DNA of 64,000 nucleotides from Octopus sinensis (lineage: Eukaryota), in NCBI RefSeq assembly GCF_006345805.1, contig NC_043002.1:104594001-104658000 (forward strand). The letters are read 5' to 3'. The stretch's first letter is position 1. Every line of letters begins with the position of its first letter. Position numbers and translations under genes: made by a program. This document shows, one piece after another, positions 14,261 to 27,965 of the stretch. The notes beneath the pieces were generated by a model that saw only the letters and a list, made by a program, of their open reading frames with translations, was not told the origin of the DNA and ran no database searches.

Positions 14261-14790
14261 GTTATTATATGTTACTTTTTTTTACGTCCGTCGTTACATA
14301 TTCTTTACTCTTGATTTATTGCGTTATTCTATAACTGCCTTTCACAACCACGTTCTTCACTTAGCTTCTTTGTTTTGGCTGATACTTATGTCGTTGTTGT
14401 TGTTGTTCTTGTTGCTGTTGCTGCTATCGTTGTCGTCGTTGATGTTGTTATTGTTTCACTGGTTGCCATTGTTCTTGTTGTTGTCTCTTTTGTTGATTCT
14501 CTCCAACAATATCTGTTTTACGTTGCTATTCATTGACCAACATCCATTACGGATCACTGCATTCTGCTACAAACTATAAACACAAACACGCGATACCGGA
14601 CGCCATATATACATACATATACACACATACTCGCATATAGACACCTACGTACACACTCCTACCAGCTATTCGCATTCTTATATCCATTTAGATTTCCTAT
14701 TTCTTTTGTTGAGTTCTTTCCCGAATATATTTTTATTTCAAAAGTGTGCGCGAGTGTATGTATGCACAAGCATATATATATAATATATAT

Positions 14791-14835
<45 letters not shown>

Positions 14836-14847
14836 CATATAAATATG

Positions 14848-14892
<45 letters not shown>

Positions 14893-15449
14893 ATGAATAT
14901 ATATATATACAATATATATATAATATACTAATATATATATATATTATATATATATACACATCTTATATATATACATATAAAGATATATATCTTAATATAT
15001 ATAAATCTCTCTCTCTCTCTCTCTCTTTCTATATATATATATGTATACATATATATATACGTGGGTGTGTGGGTATAGATTTGTAGGAATATATATATTT
15101 CCCTTATTTCTCTAAAACATACACACATACATATGCTACACGCCGTATATTCCCAAATCAATTTCAGTGTGGTGTGTGTATGTATGTGTGTGTATGGTGT
15201 GTGTGTATACATGTACGTCAACATTATCAGGGAACTATTTTCAGCAGAAATAATTTCAATTGTGAAATGTGAATGAACTAATGAATTTCAATGAGGTTTA
15301 TATTATGAAACAAAATCATAAATAAAACAACACACGTTGCCCTCCATCAGCCGCAATATGTCATACATTTTCATATAAATGACGCTCTATACTTAACATA
15401 CAAGCTTCATCAAAACACCATACTTCAAAACTACGTACCCACATACGTG

Positions 15450-15482
<33 letters not shown>

Positions 15483-16183
15483 GCATGTATATATATATAT
15501 ATTTATACGTATATAGGCATATATTTATGGAATTCGAGCATGTGTGTGTATAGAAGAGCAAACAATGTGTGTAATAGGTTAATTTGACCCAGCCACTTAA
15601 ACATTTGATGACTCTGTTATTCCGGTCTCTTTGTAGATTCCAATATTTCAAAGAATGATACGTACACACACACACACACACACACACAAAACACACACAC
15701 ACCACAGACACACACACACACACACATGGGTGCCTTCATGCATCACGCGTCCATATGACAACACTTCTCGAAGTAAATAACTTAGTATTCTCTGTTTTAA
15801 CTCAACCTTCATGTTAAGTTGGGGGTAAATATTGCCATCTGCTAACTATTCTGCTGCTGTTACTATTATATACATATAGGATTCTTCCGTCCAAGACGAG
15901 GCTTGAGCGTTCATCTTTCGATGAAAGACCTGCGCAAATGATTTGTTTATAGTGATCACATTTTCATGCTCACTCTCTCCATCAAATCGACGTTGTCTAA
16001 ACAGGGCTACTGTGTACCACACATCAAGTGTCGAAGTAATCGCAGTACAGCGTAAGGTGAAATATTTTACTCCAAAACACAACGTACCGCCAGGTATAAG
16101 TATTGTCATCACGAGCACAATATCGTAACTGCAAGACGCTGAGCACCAGCGAAGCTTCATAGATATATGTGTAAAGAAATATA

Positions 16184-16565
16184 CGCAGGCTCACGTGTGG
16201 CTGTAAGGTACGAATCTTCCTTTCCAACAACATGATTCCGGGTTCAGTCCCCATTCGACGCAACTGGGCAGGTGGCTTCTACTATATCGGTGGAGCAACC
16301 AAAATCTTGTGAATGGATTTGGTAGACGGAAACTGCAAGAAGCCCATCATATATCTGTATGCATATGTTTGTGTCTGTGTTTGTTCCTCCACCATTGTTT
16401 GACAACTGACGTTATTGTGTTTACGTCTTCTTAAGCCAGCGGTTCGGCAAAGGAGACTGATAGAATAAGTACTAGATTTACAAAGAATTAGTCTTGCTGT
16501 CGATTTGTTCAACTAAATGCTCCCCCTAGCATGGCCGCAGTCAAATGACTGAAACAAATAAACAA
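16184..16565 (+). mobile_element. tRNA-derived SINE (family C)
   Basis: B-box-like GGGTTCAGTCCC, then GGATTTGGTAGACGGAAACTG and 3' CAGCATGGCCGCAGTCAAATGACTGAAAC-like sequence; homologous to 49865-50290 and 57172-57581. Confidence 0.8.
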
Positions 16566-16573
16566 GAAAATAT

Positions 16574-16610
<37 letters not shown>

Positions 16611-16613
<3 letters not shown>

Positions 16614-16995
16614 CTTAGGTAAACTTAGGTATGTTTCGACCAAAGATTGGTCCAGGCCATGTCTAACTTAATAGCACCACCTGATAGGATTATCTAAATA
16701 TGTTTTAAACCAAGCTTTGTTTATGGTCCATTCAAGTCGCGAGTTCTTGCTGAGAGAGTTGTATTCAAGTATGGGTCGCTTATCTGGTATTCCGTAAAGA
16801 AATCTGTCCAGACCCCGTTTTAAGGTGATGGGATCCTTTTCCTCTTTAATCAGTTTTTAGATAATGTTAAACAGGGCAGGGCCTGTTGAGGAAAAGAAAT
16901 TATGTCGCAGTGTACGTATATGTTGTGATCCTGAATTGGGCAGGGGACGTATGACCCGTGGTCCCAGACTTGGATGAACCTTGAAACTAATGTTG
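16611..16995 (-). mobile_element. 5'-truncated CR1/L2-group LINE 3' end
   Basis: Translation RTLRHNFFSSTGPALFNII*..LKRGLDRFLYGIPDKRP..NSLSKNS matches the CR1-group ORF2 C-terminal pattern; short 3' UTR ends in (ACCTAAGTT)2; flanked by (TA)n. Confidence 0.7.
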
Positions 16996-17020
16996 TATAT
17001 ATATATATATATATATATAT

Positions 17021-17058
<38 letters not shown>

Positions 17059-17302
17059 TTATGTATATAGGCATGCTTGCTTAGCCAGCGGGCTGGCGTC
17101 ATTTGAAGGCTAAAACAATGCGAAGCGCATTGTGACCAGCGATGTGTTGCAACATCTGATAGGCTGCTCCGTCACGTAATCACCTGACGTGATATATGTA
17201 TATATGTATGATGTGTGTATGTATGTATGTATGTATGTATGTATGTATGTATATATGTATGTATGTATATGTATGTACATATATTTATATATTATATATA
17301 TA

Positions 17303-17346
<44 letters not shown>

Positions 17347-18555
17347 TATATATATATTTGAATTGTTTTCCTGAACAGCAGAAATGACGTTGGTATGCCA
17401 AAATTCATAAAGCGTCCCAGAAAATTATATTAACTGATTGGCATTATTAGTCGACGGGAAGATGCCACATTTTGTGAACGCTTCCTTTTAGTTTCCTTGT
17501 TCAAATCCCGAAGAAACCGATCGAATTATATTAGATTAGAATTATTTGGTTCAGCATTGTCTTTCAACAAAATATGTGAGATTGTAAAAATATTACAGGG
17601 CTTTAATGTACATCATTTACCATTTCGTTGCTGGACAGTGGCCAAACTGGAGGAAACCACATTGCAGGATTTAATCAAACATTTTGACCTCACTGACCTT
17701 ATACTGGACTTGTAAATTTCGTACTTATTCTATCGATCTCTTGGGCCGTTCTGCTATGTTACGGGACGTACACAAATTACCTTATCAGCAAATGGAAAGA
17801 CCCGTAAAATGGTCTCCAGTTGGAGCACTTGTCCAATGATTAGCATTGATGGCGCTGCATTGATCTCTAGAGGGAGGTCAGCATTGATCACGCACCAGCA
17901 CGATGAAATGCACCCCACCGTTGACCATCTGTCTAATGTCCTTTTAGGACCGTAGATTTTCAATTGAATATTTGCTTCCTATTTCTAATAGATCGATCGA
18001 TAAAAATTACCCTCGTTGGCCCAAGTTTTAAAGCTGGTCAGCAACAACAAAATAATTCTATGAACAAAGGCAATCCTTCCATAACCATCCTCATGTTTCA
18101 ATTGTGCGTAGAACTATCTAAAATTGCTCTCTCCTATGGGTAGAATGAAGTTTTAAGGCTATTTGACTGCTGTATTTAGCAGATGTTAGACTTGTTTGTC
18201 TGTGTTGATACTAATGTCCAAAGTGATGGCGGTGATGGAGATTGTGTTATCCTTGTGTTACCGATCTACGTAGTAATGCTGGAGTTGCTGCCGAGGGAAG
18301 GGATACCTGTGACGGTGGTGATGGTGGTGGTGACGTCTTTAAACTTTTGGGTGCTGTTTGGGGTAGAGATGATATAGAGATCGAGGTTAGTGGGGTAGCT
18401 GCAGTTATTGATGTCGTTGTTGTTGTTGTTGGTGGTGGTGGTGGTGGTGATGGTGATGGTGGAGGTGGTGTCGTGGCGATGTTGTGGAGTGCAGTAAATG
18501 TTGATGGCGGGAGGTGGAGTAGACAGTAATGGTATTGTAAGTAATGGTATTGTAA

Positions 18556-19108
18556 GGCGGCGAGCTGGCAGAAACGTTGTGAGTTCAAATTCCGCCGAAG
18601 TCGACTTTGCCTTTCATCCTATCGGGGTCGATTAAATAAGTACCAGTTACGCAGTGGGGCCGTTATAATCGACTTAATCCGTTTGTCCGTCCTTGTTTGT
18701 CCTATCCGTGTTTAGCCCCTTGTGGGTAGTAAAGAAATAGGTATTTCGTCTGCCGTTACGTTCTGAGTTCAAATTCCACTAAGGTCAACTTTGCCTTTCA
18801 TCCTATCGGGGTATATTAAATAAGTACCAGTTACGCACTGGGGTAGATGTAATCGACTTAATCCCTTTGTCTCTCCTTGTTTGTCCTCTCTGTGTTTAAC
18901 CCCATTGTGGGTAATAAAGAAATAGGTATTTCGACTGCCGTTACGTTCTGAGTTCAAATTCCGCCGAGGTCGACTTTGGCTTTCATCCTTTCGGGGTCGA
19001 TAAATTAAGTACCAGTTACGCACTGGGGTCGATGTAATCGACTTAATCCCTTTGTCTCTCCTTGTTTGTCCTCTCTGTGTTTAGCCCCTTGCGAGTAGTA
19101 AAGAAATA
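18556..19108 (+). mobile_element. SINE family A trimeric tandem array with a single TSD
   Basis: Head GGCGGCGAGCTGGCAGAAACG, then three ~186-bp units (GAGTTCAAATTCCGCCGAGGTCGACTTTGCCTTTCATCC...AAAGAAATA); GGTATTGTAAG at 18546-18556 and 19109-19119. Confidence 0.9.
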
Positions 19109-19439
19109 GGTATTGTAAGTGATGGTGGAGATGGACAGGGCGATATTGGTGGTGGCGTTTGGAGCGGAGATGGTTTGTGGTGGGGGTGGTGTCGGTGTTG
19201 ATTGGATCAATATTCTTCGAGCTATAGAACTGCAAGGTTTGTTGTTCAATCAACTGCATGTGCTGCAACTGCAGCGAGTGGTGCTGCTGTTACGACCAGT
19301 ACTGCAGCTACTTGCTGTCACTGCTGATGCCGGCTTTGATGTTTACGACCTTGATGCTGCTGCTGCTGCTGCTACCGCTGCTACCGCTGCTGCTACCGGC
19401 GCAGCTGTTCTATTGTTGTTCGGGTGCCGTCTTTAGGTG

Positions 19440-19458
19440 CTACTGCTACTGTTGTTGT

Positions 19459-19507
<49 letters not shown>

Positions 19508-19524
19508 GGAGGTGGTGGTGGTGG

Positions 19525-19562
<38 letters not shown>

Positions 19563-19592
19563 GTGGTGTGGTGGTGGTGGTGGTGGTGGTGG

Positions 19593-19647
<55 letters not shown>

Positions 19648-20960
19648 GGTGGTGGTGGTGGTGGTGATGATGATGATGATGATGATGTGGTGGTGGTGGT
19701 GGTGGTGATGATGATGATGGTGGTGGTGATGATGATGATAGTGATGATGATGATGACGATGATAATGATGATGATGATGATGATGACGATGATGCTGATC
19801 ATGATAATGGTACCGCATCCTGGTACTTCTACTACTTCTGAGATTTTTTTTTTTTATATTTTATAGTTGGATTTTTTTTTTATGTTGTTTTCATTCGTGA
19901 TAGTTGTGGTTTTGATGGAAGTGCACTTACTGCTCATACGTTTGTTGCTGTTGTTTTTGTAGTTGTTGTTGTTGTTGTTGTTGTTTAAAGCCTACCTCTG
20001 GTGCTGTTGATGTACATTGTAAGAGACGTAGTGACGGTGATGTTTAGGCTGGTGGGGATCGCTGCTGTTGTTGTTGTTGTTGCTGTTGAAATCGTACCTG
20101 GGTGTTAGGGTTATTGACGTTGGTAAACGGAGAGACGGTAACGTTTAGTCGGGTAGGGATTGTGCACTTATTGCAGTTGTTGTTGGTGTTGTTGTTGTTG
20201 GTGGTGGTGGAGGTGATGGTGATGGTGGAAGTGGTGGTGTTGTTGGTGTTGTTGTTGTTGTTGGTTGTGGTGTTGGTATTGGTGGTGGTGTTGGTGTTGG
20301 TGGTGGTGGTGTTGGTATTGGTGGTGGTGTTGGTATTGGTGGTGGTGTTGGTATTGGTATTGGTGTTGGTGTTGGTGTTGGTGGTGGAAGTGGTGGTGTT
20401 GTTGTTATTGTTGTTGTTGTTGGTGGTGGTTTTGGTAGTGGTGTTGTTGGTGGTGTTGGTAGTGGTAGTGATGGTAATATCGGTGGTGGTGGTAGTGGTG
20501 TCGGTGGTGTTGGTGGTGGTGTTGGTGGTGCCAGTAGTGGTGGTGTTGTTGGTGGTAGTGGTGGTGGTGGAGTCGGTGGTAGTGGCGGTGGTGGTGGTGG
20601 TGTTGTTGGTGGTGGTGGTGGTGGTGGTGGTGGTGGTGGAAGTGGTGGTGTTCGTTCTGTTGTTAACGTTGTTCATTTTATTGTTCCTTGTGTTGCTTGT
20701 GATTTTCACTCTTTACTTTTTTTTTTACTTTCACTCTTTCTTTTTTCAGTCATTAGACTGTGGCCATGCTGGGGCACTGCAAACACTTACAAACGCTGTT
20801 CTTGTTTCTGCTGTTGTTGCTAAAAGTTTTTTCACTTATTCTTGCTGTTGTTGCCGTTACCAACATCATCATCGTCATCATCATCATCATCGTCATCATC
20901 ATCATCATCATCATCGTCATCATCATCATCATGGTAATTGTTGTAGTTGTTGTTGTTGTC
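19440..20960. repeat. Trinucleotide field (GAT/GGT/GTT/CAT)n
   Basis: Direct inspection. Confidence 0.9.
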
Positions 20961-21019
20961 GGTGTTTCTACGCTAAGCATTCCTGCCAACGCCACCTCTC
21001 GCTACGCGTCACCGGTACA

Positions 21020-21195
21020 AACGCTTAGCGGCATTTCGTCCGTCCTTACGTTCTCAGTTCAAATTCCTCCGACGTCCACTTTGCCCTTCATCCTTTCGTG
21101 GTCGATAAATTAAGTACTAATGAGGCACTGGGGTCGATGTAATCGACTGAGCCCCTTCCCCAAATTTCAGGTCTGGTGCCTATAGTAGAAAGTAT
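21020..21195 (+). mobile_element. SINE family A copy
   Basis: GCTTAGCGGCATTTCGTCC..AGTTCAAATTCC..TTCATCCTTTCGTGGTCGATAAATTAAGTAC. Confidence 0.8.
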
Positions 21196-21235
21196 TATTA
21201 TTATTATTATATTATTATTATTATTATTATAATTC

Positions 21236-21274
<39 letters not shown>

Positions 21275-21328
21275 TTATTATTTATTATTGTTGTTGTGGT
21301 TGTTGTTGTTATTATTATTATTATTATA

Positions 21329-21384
<56 letters not shown>

Positions 21385-21469
21385 CATTATTATTATTATT
21401 ATTATTATTATTGTTATTATTATTATTATTATTGTTGTTGTTGTTGTTGTTGTTATTATTATTATTATT

Positions 21470-21869
21470 CAGTAGTTTTATTTTTATAGCGTGCTTTCAC
21501 TTCACTACCGAGCACAGCTCTCTGTGCCTTGCGTATGTGCTGTGATTTGTTGTGATGCTCTGATGGTTATTGTATGGAAAGTGTTCTGCGTAGGATGTGT
21601 GCAGTGCCTAGTAGTGCAATTTTCTGTATGTTATATGTGTTTGTAAGTCCTGGTGTTTTTGTTATGTATTTGTCTGAATATTTTTTTATCATGCCTAATG
21701 CACCTACTATGATAGGAATTGTTTCTGTTTTCAGATTCCATATTCTAGTTACCTCTATTTCCAGGTCTTTGTATTTTGAGAGTTTCTTCATTTCTTTTAG
21801 AGACACGTTGTCATCAGCCGGCATTGATACATCAATTAGAAAGCATTTTTTTCTTCATGATCTCTGACA

Positions 21870-21870
<1 letters not shown>
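21470..21870 (-). mobile_element. R4/Dong-clade non-LTR retrotransposon 3' end (restriction-like endonuclease C-terminus and 3' UTR)
   Basis: LIDVSMPADDNVSLKEMKKLSKYKDLEIEVTRIWNLKTETIPIIVGALG..IQKIALLGTAHILRRTLS; (TAA)n on both sides. Confidence 0.85.
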
Positions 21871-21910
<40 letters not shown>

Positions 21911-21968
21911 CATCATCATCATCATCACCACCACTATCACCATCATCATCATCATCATCATCATCATC

Positions 21969-22002
<34 letters not shown>

Positions 22003-22011
22003 TCATCATCA

Positions 22012-22225
22012 CGGTGGCAGTTCTGCAGAAACATGAACACACCGGACAAAATGCTTAACGCTATTTCGTCCGGCTTTAGATTCAGAGTTCAAACTCCACC
22101 GAGCTTGGCATAACCGTTTACCGTTTCGGAGTTGATAAAATAAGCACCAGTGAAGAACCGGGATTGACGGGATCGACTTGCCCCTCCCCTCAAAAACTGC
22201 TGGCCCTTTACCAAAATGGGTAACC
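22012..22225 (+). mobile_element. Degenerate SINE family A copy
   Basis: Diverged match to the family A head and centre. Confidence 0.7.
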
Positions 22226-22495
22226 GTTCTTATTTTTGTTTAGTTAATATTCTTGCCTTTGTTATTGTTGCTGTTGCTGTTGTTGCTGCTGCTGTTTTGG
22301 TTGTTGCTGTTGCTGCTGCTGTTGGCGCAGGTGGTGGGTGATGTCTCGCTGGTCGTAGTCGTAGCAGTGTTGTTGGTGTTAGGTTGGTGTCGGACATGCT
22401 GCTGGTATGGCTGCTTTTTCGCCAGTGTTGCTGATGCTGGCCTCGATGCTAGAGTGGTTGCATCAGTTGTAGCAGTAGTAGTAGTAGTAGTAGTA

Positions 22496-22533
<38 letters not shown>

Positions 22534-22759
22534 ATGGTGGTGGGTGGTGGTGGTGGGTGGTGGTGGTGGTGGCGGTGGTGGTGTTGGTGGTGGTTGTTGT
22601 TGTTGTGGTGGTGGTGGTGGTGATTGTGAGATGGTGGTGGTGATGGTGGTGGTGGTGGTTGTGGTTGTGGTGGTGGTTGTGATTGTGGTGGTGGTGGTCG
22701 TCGTCGTGGTGGTGGTCGTGGTCGTGGTTGTGGTGGTGGTGATAGTAGTAGTAGTGGTG

Positions 22760-22802
<43 letters not shown>

Positions 22803-23352
22803 TAGTGTTAGTGTTGGTGGTGGTGGTGGTGGTGGCAGCACCACAGCTTTTGTTTCTGCTCGTTGTGGTTTAAACAGGATTACACTATTGATATAGCTGA
22901 AATATTGAAGACTGACAGCTTTCAAATATTATAATGATTTTTTTGCTTTTAATGTAACAAAACGCAGTCGAAAAGGGTGAAGCTGCGCTGTTGTGCAGAG
23001 TGTAATAATGTAGTTTAATGGTGTATTGTATAATGATCTGACTGTATTATAATAAAATAGACCGCTGTGTATGTAATATGCAGTGTATTTTACTCCAGTC
23101 TGAACTGTATTAGAGACTAGACTGTTATATAGCTAAGTGTCTTGTAGAGGAGGCCTTGTGGTGTAGTATTATGCAAATGTATGGTGTAGTGGTAAAATGT
23201 AACGGACTACAATGCAGTGTCGTCAAATAAACTATCGTGGTGCCGTGCGGGATTGTGTAAGATGGTGTGTAGTACTGTACAATGTGTATTGTGGTAGAGA
23301 TGTGAATTTTGTGTAGTTAAGTGTGTTTTGCAGCAGTGTATTGTAAAGTGAA

Positions 23353-23676
23353 GGCGCATGGCTCAGTGGTTAGAGCGTCCACCTTACGATCGTGAGGTTG
23401 GGAGTTCGAATCCCGGACTGGGCTGCGTGTTGCGTTCTTGAGCAAGACACTTTATTTCACGTTGCTCCAGTTTATTCAGCTGTAGAAATGAGTTGCGACG
23501 TAACAGGTGCCAAGCTATATCTGCTGTTGCCTTTCCCTTGCTTAACACTGATGGCGTGGAGAAAGGAAAGCCGGTGTTCACGGGCGACTGCTGGTCTTCC
23601 ATTGTCCGGACTTGTGCCTGGGAGGGTAAATTTCTTGGTGTAATCCCACGGTCATTCATGAGCGAAAGGGGTCTCA
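23353..23676 (+). mobile_element. Full-length CORE-type SINE (family B)
   Basis: A box TGGCTCAGTGG (23359-23369), B box GAGTTCGAATCC, CORE-like domain, same 3' part as 419-742. Confidence 0.85.
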
Positions 23677-23964
23677 ATTGTAATGCAATAATTGCAGTAC
23701 GGTGGACCGCTGGATGGACGGCAGAATGTCTTAGTCGAATTGAATGATATAGTGGTGGTAGTGGTGGGGGTTTATTGGAAAATATATTGTAGTGGTGTCG
23801 ACCCCCAGCCTATTGTAATAGAATCGAGGGATGTCCTGCTACAATATACTATATTGGCACTATCACAATATCGACCCAACCATCAGATGCTCTTATACAC
23901 CGATGATTACAATGCGTTTCCGTTTCTGTCCTGATTGTGCTATTCGTTTTTATCTTGGCCCAAA

Positions 23965-24245
23965 TTGCTTAACTGGAATGTCTCTGTTGTGGAGGCCTTT
24001 TCAGTGACCTCCTTTCCCTTCCTTTGAATACCAGTCGGCGACTGCTTGGGTCCAACTGATGTCTGCGAAACTTTGGAAATATCCGGCACAGTGGATATTT
24101 CCCGTCGCTCATGTCGTTCACTCCACCCCGTACTTCGAATTCTTTCATTTCAAAAATTCTCTCGTACTGATATTATTTATATGGCCATTTCCATGGCCCT
24201 TTGCGTTGTAGCTAATCGTTCTTTTATTCTTTTCGAATAACTCCC
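23965..24245 (-). mobile_element. Old degenerate RTE LINE fragment
   Basis: KERLATTQRAMEMAI..CAGYFQSFADISWTQAVADWYSKE..RPP aligns by eye to the RTE copy at 45911-46500. Confidence 0.6.
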
Positions 24246-24394
24246 TGTCTCACCTATACATAAAACCTGAGGAGAACAGTGCAATAAAGGAGTCTGGCCC
24301 TATGGTATCGTCTAGGTTTGATTTGAGCATATCGTTGATTGAGCTAAATGACTTCCCATTTTGCCCTTTAAGGGAGGTGAAATGTAGCAGAGTC

Positions 24395-25117
24395 TATTCG
24401 TTTCTATCGAACCCAGTACGTAGGTGGTACTTAGTTTATCGACCCCGAAAGGATGAAAGGCAAAGTCGACCTCGGTGGAATTTGAACTCAGTATAGGTTC
24501 TGAGTTCAAAGACAGACGAAAGACCGTTAAGCATTTCGCCCGGCGTGCTACCGTTTCTTATTTATTTATTGCCCACAAGGGGCTAAACATAGAGGGACAA
24601 ACAAGGACAGACAAAGGGATTAAATCGATTACATCTACCCCAGTGCGTAACTAGTAGTTAATTTATCGACCTCGAAAGGATGAAAGGCAAATTCGACCTC
24701 GGCGGAATTTGAATTCAGAACGTAAGGGCAAACGAAATACCGCTAAGCATTTCGACCGGCGTGCTACCGTTTCTTACTTACTTATTGCCCACAAGGGGCT
24801 AAACATACAGGGAACAAACAAGGGCAGACAAACGGATTAAGTCGATTACATCGACTCTAGTGCGTAACTGGTACCTAATTTATCGACCCCGAAAGGATGA
24901 AAGGCAACATCGACCCCGGCGGAGTTTCAACTCAGAACGCAGCAGCAGACGAAATAGCTATTTCTTTACTACCCACACGGGGCAAAACACAGAGAGGACA
25001 AACAAGGACAGACAAACGGATTAAGTCGATTACATCAACCCCAGTGCGTAAATGGTACATAATTTATCGACTCCGAAAGGATGAAAGGCAAAGTTGACCT
25101 CGGCGGAATTTGAACGC
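24395..25117 (-). mobile_element. SINE family A tandem array (about 4 units)
   Basis: Repeated CGAAAGGATGAAAGGCAAAGTCGACCTCGGCGGAATTTGAAC-like units at about 24450, 24675, 24890 and 25075. Confidence 0.9.
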
Positions 25118-25717
25118 AGAAGGTATGGTTGCAGAGTGGTGCTGAGTGTGCTGTATTACGATATATAATGGGTGCACATTCAGTTGTATAACAGTACATA
25201 ATATGTGTAGTGCGTTGTTGTATACGAGTCGAGTGTAATACACAAATGTGTGTTCTTTTACATTGTTGTAGAGTGCTGTATTTGAAATAGTATGACGTAA
25301 TGGCCTAGTGTAAATCACGTGCAGTGCTGGATAGATATTGTACTTATGTTATACGTATGTTATCCGTAGTTTATACTAAAGTGCTCTGCAGTATATTGTA
25401 TTATGATAGAGTGATGTATATTGTTGACTGCTATCAAATAATGCATGATGTAAACGGTTTATCGTGGTTCAAGTGCGGTACACTGTTGAGGTGCCATTTA
25501 TGACGGGAGCTAATATATGATATTTAATTATATTCTCTGTCTCGATATTAGAATTCCATATAATCATTGATTTACTAGATTCCAAGCAATATACTCGAAG
25601 ACAATATCTCTCCGCTCATGTGTTATTTGGAATATTTTAAAGAATGACAAATATACCGTCATTTGTGTGACTCTCGCTAACATATCAGCGTTTTATAAGT
25701 TTACCTTCCATTCTTTC

Positions 25718-25815
25718 CAGGGTGCAAGGGCCCAGGAACAGGGGATGCAGCGGGTGCATCTGCACCCCTTGGAATTTTCAGGTGGTGCAAGATCAAAATT
25801 TGCACCCCCTGCATA
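25718..25815. mobile_element. Possible hAT/MITE-type terminus
   Basis: GC-rich island starting CAGGG with repeated GGTGCA/TGCACCCC inverted sub-terminal motifs; no partner end found. Confidence 0.35.
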
Positions 25816-26599
25816 ATTTTACCAGTTTCAGAAAATAGTGTCTAAAAAATTATCTGTAGAAGATGCTTGAAGCTAGATTTCGTTTCAAAGCAAAAACAAA
25901 GAACAAAAATAAATAAATAAAAGTGATGAAGCTGGGCTTAAAATTCCCAAGGGAATTTATGACTAACCAAATTCTGAAGCAAAGTAGTGTCAAAATAAAA
26001 AGTATATGCCAACAACAACAGTAGCAGCAAACAACAAGAACAATAATATGACCAGCATCTACGGCTACTCTTCAATACATAGCATTACTTGGATTCTTGA
26101 AGACAGCTCTATTCTGACAAAAATGACTCCAAAATCTTGCAATGCTGAAAATGTGTGAAGGTTCTTGTCCTCTCTCAGTCTGTCACTTTCTCAAGTTCTT
26201 TGAAGTTGATGTTGCTAAAGACTGACGACATGGTTGAATGGATTCGACTGTTTGACCTCAGCCTAAAAATAAAAGCCCTTTAAAAATTCTTTCAGTCATA
26301 TCGGTTTTTTCATTTAGGTTGTTAGGTCTAAAGTTTTACAAGGGAACAAAAGGATTTATTTTTATCTTTGATATGTAATGCTCATTGTTAAATGCTTTGA
26401 TACTTATTGCTCATTCGAAATACTAGTCCAGTTTAATAAAAAAAAAGATTTTGAAAGGAAACATTTAACTATAAATGATTGCAGACCAACCCCGAAATTA
26501 CCTAAGTTGCAAAGAAATGTATTTGACAATTTCAGACTAATTTATATAAAAAGGAAATGCTATTAAAAAGATTACCTACCGTTAACCACGAAGATCACT

Positions 26600-26860
26600 T
26601 CAGAGGTGCTTTTTTTACTCACAAGTCTAACCCTAGCTGAGGCCAGCACACAGGCTAATATGCTTTTAACAGGGGCTTTTAATTTCAGTAATCTTAGCTG
26701 GTCCGAGGATTATATGCAGCCTGGAACCAAGCAACTTTCATCTTTCCCCACAATTGTTGACCTTGAGAAAAACATTAAAAGAAATTATTCTTTTCATATA
26801 CCCACAACAGATGAAACTGTTAGAAAAGAACAAATCCTAACATCTGGCTACAATAAGCAA
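26600..26860 (+). mobile_element. Possible decayed LINE AP-endonuclease fragment
   Basis: MLLTGAFNFSNLSW resembles the GDFN.P.I.W motif. Confidence 0.3.
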
Positions 26861-27012
26861 CCTTAAATTCCAGTAACTTATACTCTGCATTTGCCTTCCT
26901 TAATACTAAACTGAGGGGATGTGACAACGAACCCCCTGGAAAATTGCTCATTTAATATTAACTTTCCCTATTATAATCATCATGAACATTATTATCATCA
27001 TCATCATCATCA

Positions 27013-27067
<55 letters not shown>

Positions 27068-27087
27068 CATCATCATTATTATTATTA

Positions 27088-27158
<71 letters not shown>

Positions 27159-27914
27159 GCCTTTGCACAGCTTCTAACGTGCTTAGAAGTTCGTGTAAGT
27201 TTTCTGCCAATGCTGTCATATATTTGGTTTGCACATAGTGTTGTTCTAGAGAATGTTTAAAAACGCATACCAAAATTATGAGTTTGTTTTAAATTTTTTA
27301 CGTAGAAATTTCTGCTTTTGGGGGTTACCTGGTATCTGAGTTTGGTAGGAAACAGCCCCTTTTTCTATCATTCCTAGGGCACCTATCATAACAGGTAGTT
27401 TTAGTCTTTAGGTTCCACCTTTTGCCAATTTCTATTTCAAGGCCTTTATACTTGCTCAGTTTTTGGTAGGTCTTGACAGATACGTTTATATCGTTTGGGA
27501 CGGTTATATCAATGAGGAGGCATGTTTTTGTATGAAATCTTTCAATATGATATCTGGCCTATTCGCATCAATCTTTCTGTCAGCTTGAATGGTGACGTCC
27601 CAGAGATAATTTTCAAGCACTGGAGGTGGTTTGTGTTCCCAACAGTTTTTATCATGGGGAAGGTTCAGGATTTTGCAAATTACCAAGTGAATATATGTTA
27701 CTGCTCTATCATGCCTGTTGAGATACTCTGTAGGTGCAAGACGACTGCACTTGGAGACAACATGATCAATGGTTTCATTTTGTTATTATCAAACACGACA
27801 TGTTGGGCTACTGCCGTTCTTTAATATGTTGGCCTGGTAGTTCCTTGTAGGTAGACATTGATTTGTGACTTTCTTATTTTAATCCAGAAGCCACTAACCG
27901 TTGATGGATAAGGG
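27159..27914 (-). mobile_element. R4/Dong-clade LINE 3' fragment (CCHC knuckle and RLE)
   Basis: PTRNYQANILKNGSSPTCR..ETIDHVVSKC..EYLNRHD..WDVTIQADRKIDANRPDII..KLSKYKGLEIEI; bounded by (TAA)n on both sides. Confidence 0.85.

Positions 27915-27965
<51 letters not shown>

Noticed and set aside
16617-16665. GACC..GGTC-GAAAC hairpin as a hammerhead
   Set aside because: No CUGANGA box; better explained as a LINE 3' UTR stem-loop.
18580-19108. CRISPR-like or ribozyme-containing array
   Set aside because: Eukaryotic SINE units with no unique spacers and no hammerhead core on either strand.
20044-21028. Long T/N-rich and V/L-rich ORFs (mucin-like or membrane-like)
   Set aside because: Translations of GGT/GTT triplet repeats, open on both strands, with no splice or domain evidence.
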